Program-made: the position numbers and the translations under genes
Part shown: piece after piece, positions 1 through 11,694 of the stretch
How positions within the stretch are numbered: position 1 is the stretch's first letter
Layout of the letters: each line of letters starts with the position of its first letter
Source of the DNA: Takakia lepidozioides
Taxonomy: Eukaryota; Plantae; Bryophyta
Reading direction: 5' to 3'
Assembly (NCBI GenBank): GCA_030704615.1
Contig: CM060731.1
Coordinates: 33,046,001-33,110,000, forward strand
DNA length: 64,000 nt
The notes under the pieces: model-generated
The model's input: only the letters and a program-made list of their open reading frames with translations
Databases searched by the model: none
Told to the model about the DNA's origin: nothing

Positions 1-913
1 TGTCAGTGACGGGTCATTAGTGAGTACCACACACAATCTCATACTCAAGGTGGTCATGATGCCACACAGAAATGGTGTCCTGTTTGTGCACCAAGTGGTT
101 TACATTGCATTTGTGGGATGCTGATTCGGCCTCCCGCGGAGTCCAGCTCTTCATCTTATGCGAATCAGATCTATGCTCATTGGCTGTCAACGGACACAGG
201 ATTCCTGCTCTCGGCTTGCAAGTCCCTCTTCCGAGTCTGAATCTACCAGCTTTTCCTTTCCTTTACTGCGCGGATTTGCATTCCGGCCTGAATTTCAGAA
301 GTTCCCCGACAGTCATCTGGCATTTGCTTGTTGTAACTTTCCGTGGGATTAGGCATGGTGAGGGATCTTCGCTCTGAGAAACCCTAGAAAAGCTCCAATT
401 GGGAAATTGTTGCAACTTGGGAACATCAACGTCCGACTGGATGTTGAATGCCATCGCGTTTTCTGGCTCCTTTGGTGAGACTACAAGTCTGACATGAAGG
501 AAGACATCAAGAATAAGTGGTTAGCTGTTTCCGGCGGATGGCTTCAACAATTTTCCTAGAGTAATGTATCCAGCTGAAGTTTGGCCCTTGGAACTTAGAA
601 TGGAACTAAAGCCTGAGATGTGGGGTGAAAGTTGTCAAATTCGAAGGCAAGTCATACACGTTACTACATTTCCATGCGTCTACCAAACTGGCATAGTATT
701 CTGGGCTGACACTGCTTGGGCTTCAATTGGGTCATCATTGTGCATTGCCATGAAAATTTTCCGTAGCTTGATTTTCTGTGGTTAACCAGTCTGTGTCAGA
801 ATTGATGGAAATAGGTTACTTTACGGGTTTCTTCCTGTACTGGTTGTTGGACTAGACGAGTGAATGGGGGAGAGGATTAGTGCAAGAAATGCGTGAACTT
901 TTTCGTGCTGCAG

Positions 914-3900
914 TGGCAGTTGTGCGGTTACTGAGGATTGAGGAAGGAGGGGCCTACAGTGATGTGCTGACTGGGGAGGGGGAGAATTCATGGGAGAATG
1001 AGATGGCATATGTGGGACGCACTCTTGGGTTCCGCACATCAGAGCTAGAGCTGCGGGGCCGAAGACTGGTATGCAGGTGCTAACCTCTAATTCAAAGCCA
1101 GTAACATGTTTTTCACTCTCTATGTTGAAGCCCTTAGTTGATGAAAAAACAAAAACTGCAGTTTCGAAGTGTTCAGAAGAGGTGGTTCATATTCTCAAGC
1201 ACGCTGTTACAAGGTGTCCGCAACAAACATTGTGTGGTGTTTCTGACAGCTTCTTGATTATGTGGTTGCGCCAGGTGACAGATGAGGTGGCAGGGGTCGT
1301 ACGGTTCAAGCGGTACCTGGACTTCCTCATATTCTCATTCTACAAGAATGATGTTCGAGACTATGACCGTATGGAACCTCTGCTCCGTCAGGTGCTTCTA
1401 TCGGTTCTTCTTTATGTGGTAGCAAAGAAGTCACAGTCTTTGATGTACTGTTAATGCTCTAGGCAAGGACTGATACATGTCAGCGAGTCATGACTTTGGA
1501 GTGCCCAGCACTGCTGCATACCTTTGGATGCAGAGGGCACTAACTCTACCCTTGCAGTGATTTCCAGTCCAATTATTCTATCAATGGAGGGTATGGGGGA
1601 AGTGAGACTTCAGATGGTTGATGCCTCTTCAGATTTTTGTCAATCACACACTGTGCATGTAGGTCACATATTCTGATGCTTCCTCATAACCAGTGTGACC
1701 TTATTTACAGATCCTCCGTGTTGGAATCTACGAGCTACTGAAGCTGGAGATGCCCCCCCATGCTGTTTTGAATGAGGCAAGTACCTTGTCAATTCCCTAT
1801 GAGAGTTCTTTGGATTAGCAAAGTGTGGCTGTAAGTTGTCAGATGTGCTTCTGGTCACTGTTACCCACAGTTCCCTGTGGATCAATTGTGGACTTACTAA
1901 ACAATTGGCGTGGTAAGTGTCAAAGATGATTGAGGTGGCTGGCGTGTTTTCTGCAGACGGTGAAGCTTGCTAAGGTTGCTCTCAGGGAAGGAGCGGGTAA
2001 CATGGTCAATGGTCTCCTGCGCTCTGTCCTTGCTCACAAGGTATATGTTGAGTTAATGCATTATTTTGAACAGTGAAATGAGTTGGGCTGTAGTCTTCCC
2101 CTGGTCAGTATCCTATCGTTTGGGTCAGTCCTGAGATATTGTTGGGTCCTTGTGCAGGAGAAGGGTACGCTTCCTTTTCCACCTGTGGAAGGTGATGACC
2201 GATCACGGGCAAGAGCTCTTGCCACAGTCTACTCTCATCCTGTTGTACGTGTTCAATGCTCTGGCTTTTGTCGTGTGTTTTAGGATTCCATGGGGTCAAC
2301 ACATCTCTCTCCAACCCCCACTCTTTACTTCAAAAAATAACAGCCTCACTTTTGGTTTCTGCTGGTTGGAGGGTAGGCAGGTGAGTTCCAGAAGAACTTT
2401 CTTGCTTAAGTTTGCTCGGAACTGAAGGCTCAAGCTAGGTCAAGTATGGATACTTGTTGAAGCATTTGTTTGTGTTACAAATGGCGCTATTAGTGGATGG
2501 TGAGGCAATGGATGGCTCAATTTGGAGAGGAGGAAGCCGTACAACTCATGGATTGTAACAATCAACGTCCGACTTTTGCCCTTAGGTGCCTTTTAAGTTC
2601 CTGTGGCAGTTCTTGTTTTTTCTTCTTTCTGAGTACGTCCAAAAGCAGTTGTATAAGCTTGACATTCAGGTAGTTGTACATTCTTCTCTTTCCAAGTGTT
2701 GTAGCATCACTAGGCTTATCTCATTTTCTTGATGTCTTGGGCAGGGCAAACAGTGCTCGGGGCATAACAAGAGAGGATCTGATTTTAGAACTGGAAAAGC
2801 TTGAGGTTAGTGTGCTCTCTTCCTCTATACTCCAGTCTCACGTGTGTGAATATCAAACACCTAATGGAGGTACTTGAGGTTAGTGTGGGATACAGGCTGT
2901 CTCCCTCCATACTCCGGTCTGATATGTGTTAGACATCAGTGGCCAGTCAATTACAGGCAACGTCCTTTTCAAGCCTTTGATCTTACGCATTTAGCACATT
3001 GTATGAGGTGTTCCATTTCTTTTTCTGTAGACAGTCATCTGAGGAGTCCCAAAAACCTGGGGGTGGGTGACAGGTGGCACACACAGAGTCACCATATTTG
3101 CAAGACTTTGTGAGGATCTCTATAGGTATGCAGGTGGGAATCTCTGTAACTGACCTGTGTTGTGGCTTGTACTGGTGCCCTTCTATTGCCACTCTTCCAT
3201 TTGCACTCATTGGCTGCAAGTTCGTTGGTTGAACTGGAGACTGTACAGGAAGAGGTCAGCAGACAGGGTCCAGCACCAGCCTTCTAGTGCAGTTGTCGAT
3301 AAGTATAAAGAAGTGATTGACATGTGTGTGTCACTACAGGAGGTTCTACGCTCAGGACTGCTTCAAAAGGGCAGCTGTGCTGTCCAGGATGAGAGTGCTG
3401 GTAAAATTTATTTCCTCAAAATTTCATACAAAGCACATAGCTTAGTAATTAGATGGTAGAAGTCACCTTGTTAGTACTCCCTAGTCAGGAAAAAATATAG
3501 TAGATTTGTTCTGGACATACTTTGATGTACTGAACTTTTTCTTCCAGTGTGGCATTCTTTCATGGTTGGTCCTAAGTGAGGTGCTAGCCGTTGTATTCAA
3601 GCAAATGTTCAAAGATGAGAAGGTGCTGAAGGGACAGATTTCTGAAGCAACTTAGGCTATGGTGAACCAGGGCTGGTGGTCGCAGTGGTAGATGCTCAGC
3701 CTGGAGACACGGTCATTGACTGCTGTGCAGCACCTGGTGGGAAGGCCCTTTCCCTGGCATCCCGCCTTAAAGGTCAAGGTAAGCCTTTCTACACACAACT
3801 GTAGTAATGATATGTAGCCCCATTTGGAGTATTTGTGTGACAGAAGATGTGCATAGCCTACATATATGGGCTCACCAAAGCATCAGATTCACTAGTCATT

Positions 3901-5960
3901 GAAGGAGTTACAATTAGTAAGCAATTATGAATGAGGAGCAAGGATTCCTTAGTGAGAATGGTGTGGCAGGTGCTGGGACAGGCAGGGTTATAGCAGTGGA
4001 TGTAAATGAAGGGCGGCTGCGTATGCTCACAGAGGCCGCCCAGCAGCAGGGCGTGGATGACATTGTCACTTCATGCCACTATGACCTTCGCGATTTTGCG
4101 GTGCCCATGAATCCTTTAGTTAATTTTTGCTGATGTTTAGCCATGCTTTTTCTTTTCCAACCATCTGTGGGAAGTTACAGACTGCCATGGCTGTCAGATA
4201 CGGCAGTCTTCAAGACTTGAATTCACATTTAGGTTGTAGATAGCTCCATCAATTGCTATCATGATTTCCAGTGAAATTGTTCTCCTGTTGCCAAAGTGCA
4301 CTACGGTATTGATGACAGAATCCCCGATTCCAGGAACATTTGCAAAAGCTCCTCACTCTGGGTCCACCCTGGTTGGATTCAGTTTGGTTTTCACAAAACT
4401 ATGCATTTCAGCTGATCCAACAATGAACTAATTGCAAGACAACAAATACCATGAACTTCACATTTTGGGAGGGGCCAAAAAGGGTGTTCAAATTGTGTTG
4501 TTGTGTGGGGTGCAGGTGAAGGGGACAACCTCGGCCGACCGTGTGTTGGTGGATGCTCCATGCAGTGGCCTAGGTGTACTTTCCAAGGTAATGTAATCTC
4601 TTGGTATAGTTGGGAAAGTACAAGCTTTGAAAGACTTATTTCTCTACTTACTGAACTCTTCTTGGTGATATGTACATGTAAACATGCCAAGACTCGACAT
4701 GTCATGGAACCATGGTCATGATTGATTGCAGATACGTGGCCACAAACATTTCTTGTTGCATTCTTCCCAACAAGTCACACAGTAGTCTTTGATTTGTGTC
4801 AAACGTCAACCCTGGATGGTTGGCAATAGGCCTAATTTAACTGTGTTCTGACTTCGCTACAAACTGAAGGGAGCTTTGTCATGTGGGGTTCTATAGAGGG
4901 CAGATCTCAGATGGAAGAGGGCAGCTGAGGATCTGCAGCAACTGACAGACCTACAAGATTCACTGCTGGATGCTGCTTCGTTGTTAAGTTTTAAGACCTC
5001 ATGAAATCATGTTTGCCATTTCATTGCTTGTGCTGCAATCTTTTCTTCTCCTGGGGATCACACGCAGGGAATCGAATCAAACATCAAACCTTGGATACTT
5101 AAACAGTTGCAACTTTTGAAGGTTTCCTGCTGTAGTTGCGTGCAGACGTCTACTTTTCCCAACCCTTTTGGCACCAACAAATTCCTGCTTTGGCAGAACC
5201 ATTCTCTTTGCGATGCTCTTTGCTTTTCAACTTACAGCAAATATTAACCTCTGCTCGTGTCATTGGATCAGGCTGGTAAAGCCTGGTGGAGTATTGGTGT
5301 ACAGCACGTGCTCAATAGAGCCCAATGAAAATTCTGAGCGGGTGGCTGCCTTCCTCTCCAATCATCCTGTATGCCTTCCCATATCCCCTGCCCTTGCAAT
5401 ACTGTGACAAGTAATATGAAGGGTTGTCAGAAGACCAGGATTTCTTGGAGGGGCTTAGTAGATTATTCCTGCTAGAGTTGGTGAGTGAGATTCTGAGCGG
5501 CTGGGTCTTGAGGATGAGAGCCAGCTGGCCAAATGCTTATTCTGAGATACCAGAGGGAACGTCGTGCTGTAGCTAGGCTCTTAGGCTCATTGTACCAAGG
5601 GGCCTGGCACTAAGTATTGTTAGTTACTACAAGAGTTCTTGTCATTTCTGTTGTCTTTAGCCGAAGCTATTGCCCAGTGGGAGTAACAAGATGCTATGAG
5701 AAGTTATTTTTGCAAGATTGGGCCAGCTTGTCTGGTAAGTACTCGCAGAAGAGCAAGGCTGCAATCATTTCGTCCTAGAGAGGCAGAGGGTACCACGTTG
5801 GTTTAGCTTGTTCTGTGTCACATTGCAGGAGTTCTCAATTGAAACTGTGGAAGGCTTTGTACCAATGGCAATGGTATCAAAAGAGGGCTACTTTGTTTCA
5901 TACCCACATCGACATCAAATAGATGGAGCATTTGCTGCAAGGATGCGTCGGAAATGTTAG
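914..5960 (+). CDS. RsmB: Plastid 16S rRNA m5C methyltransferase RsmB (NusB + NOL1/NOP2/Sun domains); multi-exon, 5' transit-peptide exon(s) not resolved
   Basis: Spliced exons (~914-1068, 1274-1391, 1711-1776, 1957-2040, 2158-2244, 2494-2585, 2745-2807, 3074-3133, 3340-3400, 3671-3778, 3984-4100, 4517-4588, 4897-4982, 5271-5368, 5829-5960) give [18 protein letters not shown]...[50 protein letters not shown] and [12 protein letters not shown]. This order is colinear with plant RsmB as I recall it. Confidence 0.92.
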
Positions 5961-7506
5961 AGAGACCACGCATTGGTGCCAAAACCATGTTTGATCCTGA
6001 TGTACCCCCACCAGGGTATTAATGCTTGCTTCTGGAGGGTCACTTAATCCTACGTTCTCATCGATGTTGAGCGGCTGCTTCTCTTCTTTTCCTTGGAAGC
6101 ATAGGAAGAATAGGAATTCAAAGATAAAGGCACACCTCAATTTTGAGGCCCTTAGAGCCAAGCGGTAGCCTTCTTAGTGCTCCTTTTCGGATTCTGGTCC
6201 TGTCATCTGCATTTGCTTTTCCTCTCTGCTCGTTTTTGTGGCAAGTTTGCATATGGCCAACAGGCATAGACAGCAGAAGTTAATTTCTTAGATTTATGCC
6301 CTGGCAGTTTTTTACATTTTCTGGTTCTTAGCAGCTGTCTTATTCAGTGAACCATGACTGGTTATTTGGCTACCCTCGTGCTGCTCTGGGAGGTTACCCC
6401 CCATAGTTTTGTCTTATGGCCCCTCACGAGGTTATTTTTTCCTCGTTCTTTAATTTGAGGAAATTTTTTTTTGAGAAACAGGGCTCCGTTACCTTTCCTT
6501 ATAAATAAATAAGTAAATACATAAAAATAAAAATAGCCATAATATGCTAGAATTGGATATGGCGGCCAAGATTAGTGAGATCATGAAGGAAGAATCACTC
6601 GACTCTTCACAGATTAACAGGGACTGGAGGACCAGCCGAAGGGCCCACCCATGCTGGGCTCTAAGGCTTTTCAGTTCAAGCTAGTAATAGGCTGCAGAGG
6701 TCTCTACAGAAAGCTAATTATCCAGAATGATAGGTGTACAGAAAGAGCCTAGTACAGAGCTTAGTAGGCTCAACACAGCCAATGGACACTTGAAGGGACA
6801 TTTTGAAGTATCAGATCTGTATGCATGCTGATCAGGGTAACAGGAGTTTGCAATCTAATGGAGACTTGGCAGGTTGAAGGATGGTTGGTGCATACAATTT
6901 CTCTCAACACACTAAAGCTTCCCCAACTCCCTAAACCCCACCCCCCGCCTGTCTTACTCCTCTCTCTTTTGCCAATCTAATACCCCACTATTCCGCTACT
7001 TCCACTCATCCCCCATTCTGTTGCAACAAGATGTTACTGAAACCTCTGAAAATAGCTACAGTGTAGCTCAAGCCTGCAAATATCACGCCCCTGGCTGTGA
7101 GAGAGGTATAGCAGTTTCGTTTTAAAATTGCCACCCACGTAAGCAGGGGTTCCATTACATGATACTTCTGGAGCTGTTATAATGCGAAACATCAATTACT
7201 ATTGCTTAACAAACCCTGTCCAAAATTGTTATTGTTATTGTTATAGAGAAGTGCACAGAGAGTACGACAAGCAAACATTACAGAAGCAAAGCCACTTGTG
7301 CATCATCACGGAACCCGCTCAGCTGTTACTGGCAGTCATAATGAGGTGTGTCGCAACGCCGGTTCCAAGCCCAGCTGCTCCTCCCCCCTCACTTGCAGAA
7401 GGTGGGGGATGGCGACGGCTTGGAGACCCGCATCTCCAAGAAGCCACAGAGGATGGACATCGCAGGCTTTGACGTGCATTGTGTCGTCCGAACGAGGGGT
7501 GTTGGA

Positions 7507-10379
7507 TCAAGTTCCTGTCATTGTGACAACAACCTTGCGAGCACTCCCATGGTCCCGATGTTCACACAACCAGATTCCCTGCCATTGGCCCCACATAAGA
7601 GTCCAGTATGACTTTCAAGAAACTTATCCCTTTGCTCCCAAGAAGGGCGATAAAGGCACATAGATTGAAAGAAAGTAAAATAAAAAAGTACCTGCCATGT
7701 CCCAAGGTTGAGGTGACCCTCAGTGATAGGCACACTGCATAAGAGGCACATAGAACACAATGTCAATAACAACTCACATTGTCAAAGCTGAGCTTGCCAC
7801 ATTGAATTGGCAGACAAATCACTTGGCCAGGAGTTCATGTAAGCCGGAATTGTCTCTAATGCAGAAAGAAAACCTCCACTCAGCTTCAATCATTTGTAAT
7901 TAGTTTACAAAAGAAAAAGATAGAAGAGAGAGGGTCATAAGCTAACATACGTGATAGAGCAACCAAACATTGATGACTTGATGTGTGCCGGCATGTCATC
8001 CGGTCCTACATACGCACCCCAAACACAGATTGTTAGCAAGCCAAGAAGTTGCAGGAACCTCGACACATTGCCAACCCATAGTCCAGCTCATTGCCTGTTA
8101 GTAAGCAATAAATGGCTGCACATCTCCAAGTATGCATCTAATATATGATGATTCCTTCTGTTCCCCTGGAGCCGAGCAGGCAATCACCATTTGAAGTCAA
8201 CTTTCTGACATCATCCATCTGATGTGTCATGCATGTAACTTATCATATTGCTGAAGCATCTGACTTACAATCACACAGTGGAACAGTCCCAAGAAGTCCA
8301 ATCTGTGCTTGAGTCCTTAATCAGGGTTAAAGCCATATGTTTGACTAACCCCTAAACCTTACTCTGAACCACATTTTAAACAGTGTTGAATAACTTTCCT
8401 GGGAGCAGACCACTATAAACTCATAAAAATTCTGCACAATTTGATGTTAACCACACCCAAAATCAACATGACATTTACATGCAGGTATGACCTTTGTTTG
8501 CTTAGTTGTAAGTTGGTGCATTCATACAAGATATGAATGAGATGGATTCCAGCACTGCCAATGCAGCCCTCTGCCCAACACAGACATGCACATTATCAAC
8601 CAAGAAAGAGGGACACCATGAGACTTGAGCAAGGGCTCGAAGAGTTCTGGGGAAGGGAGTGCCGCCACAGAGAGGACAAGGATCATAGTGTTTCAAGTAA
8701 CAGAAGAGTACTTGTTTGTACAATCTTATTGAAATATTGAGGGCCTTCCTTACCTTCAATTGTATGCTTCCATGGAGCTCTCCTTCCCTGCATTAATTGC
8801 AATCGACTAACAATGTCAAATGACGACACCCCAATGAATTACACTGCTAAAGGCGACAGAATCTGTTGAGACTGCAAAGAATGACAGCTTTTTGAAATCT
8901 CTCAGCGAAGGCAAAAGATTGCCACAAATGCAACTCTTTCAGTTGTCCTACTTCCCATAGGCCCCTCTGGCCATTATCAGTTCTTTTCTTTATTTCTCAC
9001 CTCAGGCACAGTTCCATTGAGGAAAGTCTCAACATCCTCCAGGACATCACTGTCATAGTTTTCATTGATTGTCAATGATGCACTTGTATGCTGCACTGTT
9101 CCAGCCCAAACCCACAGCATCAACTGTCAAACAATCTACCAAGTCAAGAAACCATAATTCTCTGAAAGAGGCTAACGTTACCAAGGGGATGAAAGGGGGA
9201 ACCACAACCTCCATGAATATAGAGTGTTACAAGGGAGGAATGAAGTTGGTTACTCACAGAAAAAGTGGGCCAGGCCACATTTAAATTTTGCCAGGTCGGC
9301 CCCAATGTCCCGTAAAACCTGCCACCAACCATCCACATCTAGTAAGACAGGCCGGATCTACCTAAAAATTTCAACACCCCAATAATTATGTAACCCGATT
9401 CCTACCAGGGTTCACAGGCCCTGAAATGTTATTGAACATTTGAACTCTCAAAAAACCAGGCTGTCTTTCTCCCCATTGGCAGTCAGCTTTTTCAAAGTGG
9501 ATTCAAGCAATAGCATAGTAAAATAATCCGTTGGACAGTACAGTATTGTTAATTGAGTCATCTCATCTGGTAGCATATCTGTAGAAGAATTCTTCCAGGA
9601 ACTTGAATCAAAAGACATCACTAAGGAATTATTGGCCATGTGCTCCCAGAGGTTCGTCACTTCTTCGGAGAATCGGAGAGGCTGCTTAGAAAGCTTCCCA
9701 GGCAATCAACATAGCTTCCAGAACATTAACACTTCAATAAAACTTCAATCAGGATCGCCGTAAGGCACAGATCATTCATTCGGTTGGACTGGAAAAAATT
9801 GGGAAAATCTAATTGTGTTATAAGAAAGAACCAAATTAATTGGACAGACTGACAAGAAGCAAATCGCATGCGACCGTACTATACCCAATCGCCTGCATTG
9901 TCTTTCAAGTGAATCAAACACTCGCACAATCCAATAGTAGCAAAGTAGAGAAGAGAAGGGCACACCATAGGTGTGATGAGGTGGCATCCGCGCTTTTGAG
10001 GTGTAAGCACGATTGTTTTCTGGGCCCACCTCGGAACCATAGCCGCCTCCCCCCCAACAGAATTACTCTTATTGTCACCATCCTTCTTGGCGCTCCTTCG
10101 CTCGAGAGAGGCAGCTGGAATCTGCCCCGCAGTATTTTTCCTAGTCTCCCCCCTCGAATTTCTCTTTTCCACCATGGCTGGCAATCCCCCCATAACACTT
10201 CTCTTGCTTTCACTGTTGCTTTTCTGTGCAGCCATCTCCACCGCAGTACCATTCATGCCCTCCCTCGCTGTGCGTGTTGTCTGAGTTGTTTCTACTGGGT
10301 CATCTACTCCAGGAGCAATCACGGCTGTGGGTTCTTCCTTGAATCGCTCAATCACCTCTGGCTGTGCACCCTCCTCCAT
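7507..10379 (-). CDS. YjbQ/UPF0047 family protein (secondary thiamine-phosphate synthase-like), 7 exons; start at 10379 or 10040
   Basis: Exons read RWAQKTIVLTPQKRGCHLITP / VLRDIGADLAKFKCGLAHFF / LQHTSASLTINENYDSDV / GRRAPWKHTIEG / PDDMPAHIKSSMFG / VPITEGHLNLGTWQ / GIWLCEHRDHGSARKVVVTMTGT*, with GT-AG junctions. Confidence 0.92.
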
Positions 10380-10788
10380 GTTTCCAGAGTAACTCGTACC
10401 CGTGGGTATCCGCGCACAAAATCAACCCAAATTGAAGCCTCCAAAACCAATCACAAGTGCAACTTGGGTGGATGCTCATCTCTCCTACGGGAAGCACGTA
10501 AGGCCTCTCCACGCAAAACAACCTGTGTGAGTTAAGTCAAGTAGTTCTTTCCTTCACAAATGAGTCCATCACACACAGGCACCTCGGTGGCAATGTGTCA
10601 GCGGACAATCGATGGCACCTTCTCATGCACCTCATAACATCCGGGGGTATCAAAGTATCAAGTATGAAGCCCGCATCCACAACACATCAACAGCTCATGA
10701 CTCATGACTCCCCGGCTTCTGGATCGCCACATTGTCATGATATGCTAACAAGCCAAGCTAACTTAACCTGAGGGATGAGTCAGGATCA

Positions 10789-11113
10789 GTGTTGGACCCG
10801 TATATAGGTCTTGGGTGGGTATCAACTAGAATAAGGGTAATGCTACGAAGGATCATACCAAGGTCGGGTACCTAACAAGGGCAAAACCCTGCAATACCCT
10901 GGTGGGGTAGGATGCATGGACTTCTAAAACCCTGACGCAGAAAGAAAGTATTATGCCTCCCAAAGGAAGCGTAACTTATGGAGTCACTTCACCCCCCAAG
11001 GGCTACTGCCTTCCACTAGGAAGGTGGACACCTTCATGACACACCAGACCGTGGTTTGAACCCACAACCACATCCAACATGGTATGTACCCATTACCATT
11101 GGGCTACATGCCC
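10789..11113 (-). mobile_element. Putative tRNA-derived SINE
   Basis: The minus strand starts GGGCATGTAGCCCAATGGT (A box) ... GGTTCAAACC (B box) at tRNA-like spacing, but no cloverleaf can be folded. The 3' boundary is a guess from a 5-bp ATCAG direct repeat. Confidence 0.55.
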
Positions 11114-11352
11114 ATCAGGTCTTCTTCCTTGCGCTACCACCTCCAATACCATGCACGCGTCAGATGAGGGATGGGATGCAGGGATAGGGTCTAGGGTAGT
11201 TTGAGGTCTAGTGTTTTCAAGAGGGCACTTCAATGAAGATGAGTTACAGGATGCTAATACGTTTGAAGAGGAGTAGATGAAATGCAATTTGTGATAGAGA
11301 AGAGTTAAGGGCCATTTGGGATATTTTTCAATATTGAAATGGGCGTTTGAAC

Positions 11353-11694
11353 TAGTGTTGGGCGGTTATTTGATTTTTTTCATAACCGGCGGTTCCGGTT
11401 GTTTCGAATTTTAGGAAACTATTAACCGTGGTTGCCGTTATTAAATTTTTTATGGCTAAATATAACCTCAGCAGTTACGGTTACTTGCAAAAACCTCAAA
11501 TAACCGACGGTTTTCATCAAAATAACCGCGGGTATTGGGCAGTTCTTTAAGAGGTTTTTTGCTCGGTTATTTGAATGGGTGACCTCCACCGGTTCCTAGC
11601 TTGACCGGTTACTTCATTTTTTCACCTCCGCCGGTCATATATATATAACCGGATAGGTAACCGCCAGAGAAATTCAAATAACCACCCAACACTA
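11353..11694. mobile_element. Non-autonomous hAT element (MITE)
   Basis: 21-bp TIRs TAGTGTTGGG(C/T)GGTTATTTGA with 1 mismatch; 8-bp TSD GTTTGAAC/ATTTGAAC; many internal AACCG/CGGTT motifs. Confidence 0.88.

Noticed and set aside
72-357. Candidate first exon of RsmB (phase-compatible donor at 358)
   Set aside because: No similarity I can recognise to the expected sequence preceding the NusB-like domain; left unresolved.
6820-6850. CTGATCAGGGTAA resembling part of a TPP riboswitch near the YjbQ gene
   Set aside because: It is on the opposite strand to YjbQ, and the other conserved elements (CTGAGA, the following TGCCTGCG(C/T)AGG) are missing.
9840-10535. 231-aa plus-strand ORF, and similar antisense ORFs over the PPR, GRP and RPS2 genes
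   Set aside because: Shadow frames of real genes on the opposite strand, with no independent signal.
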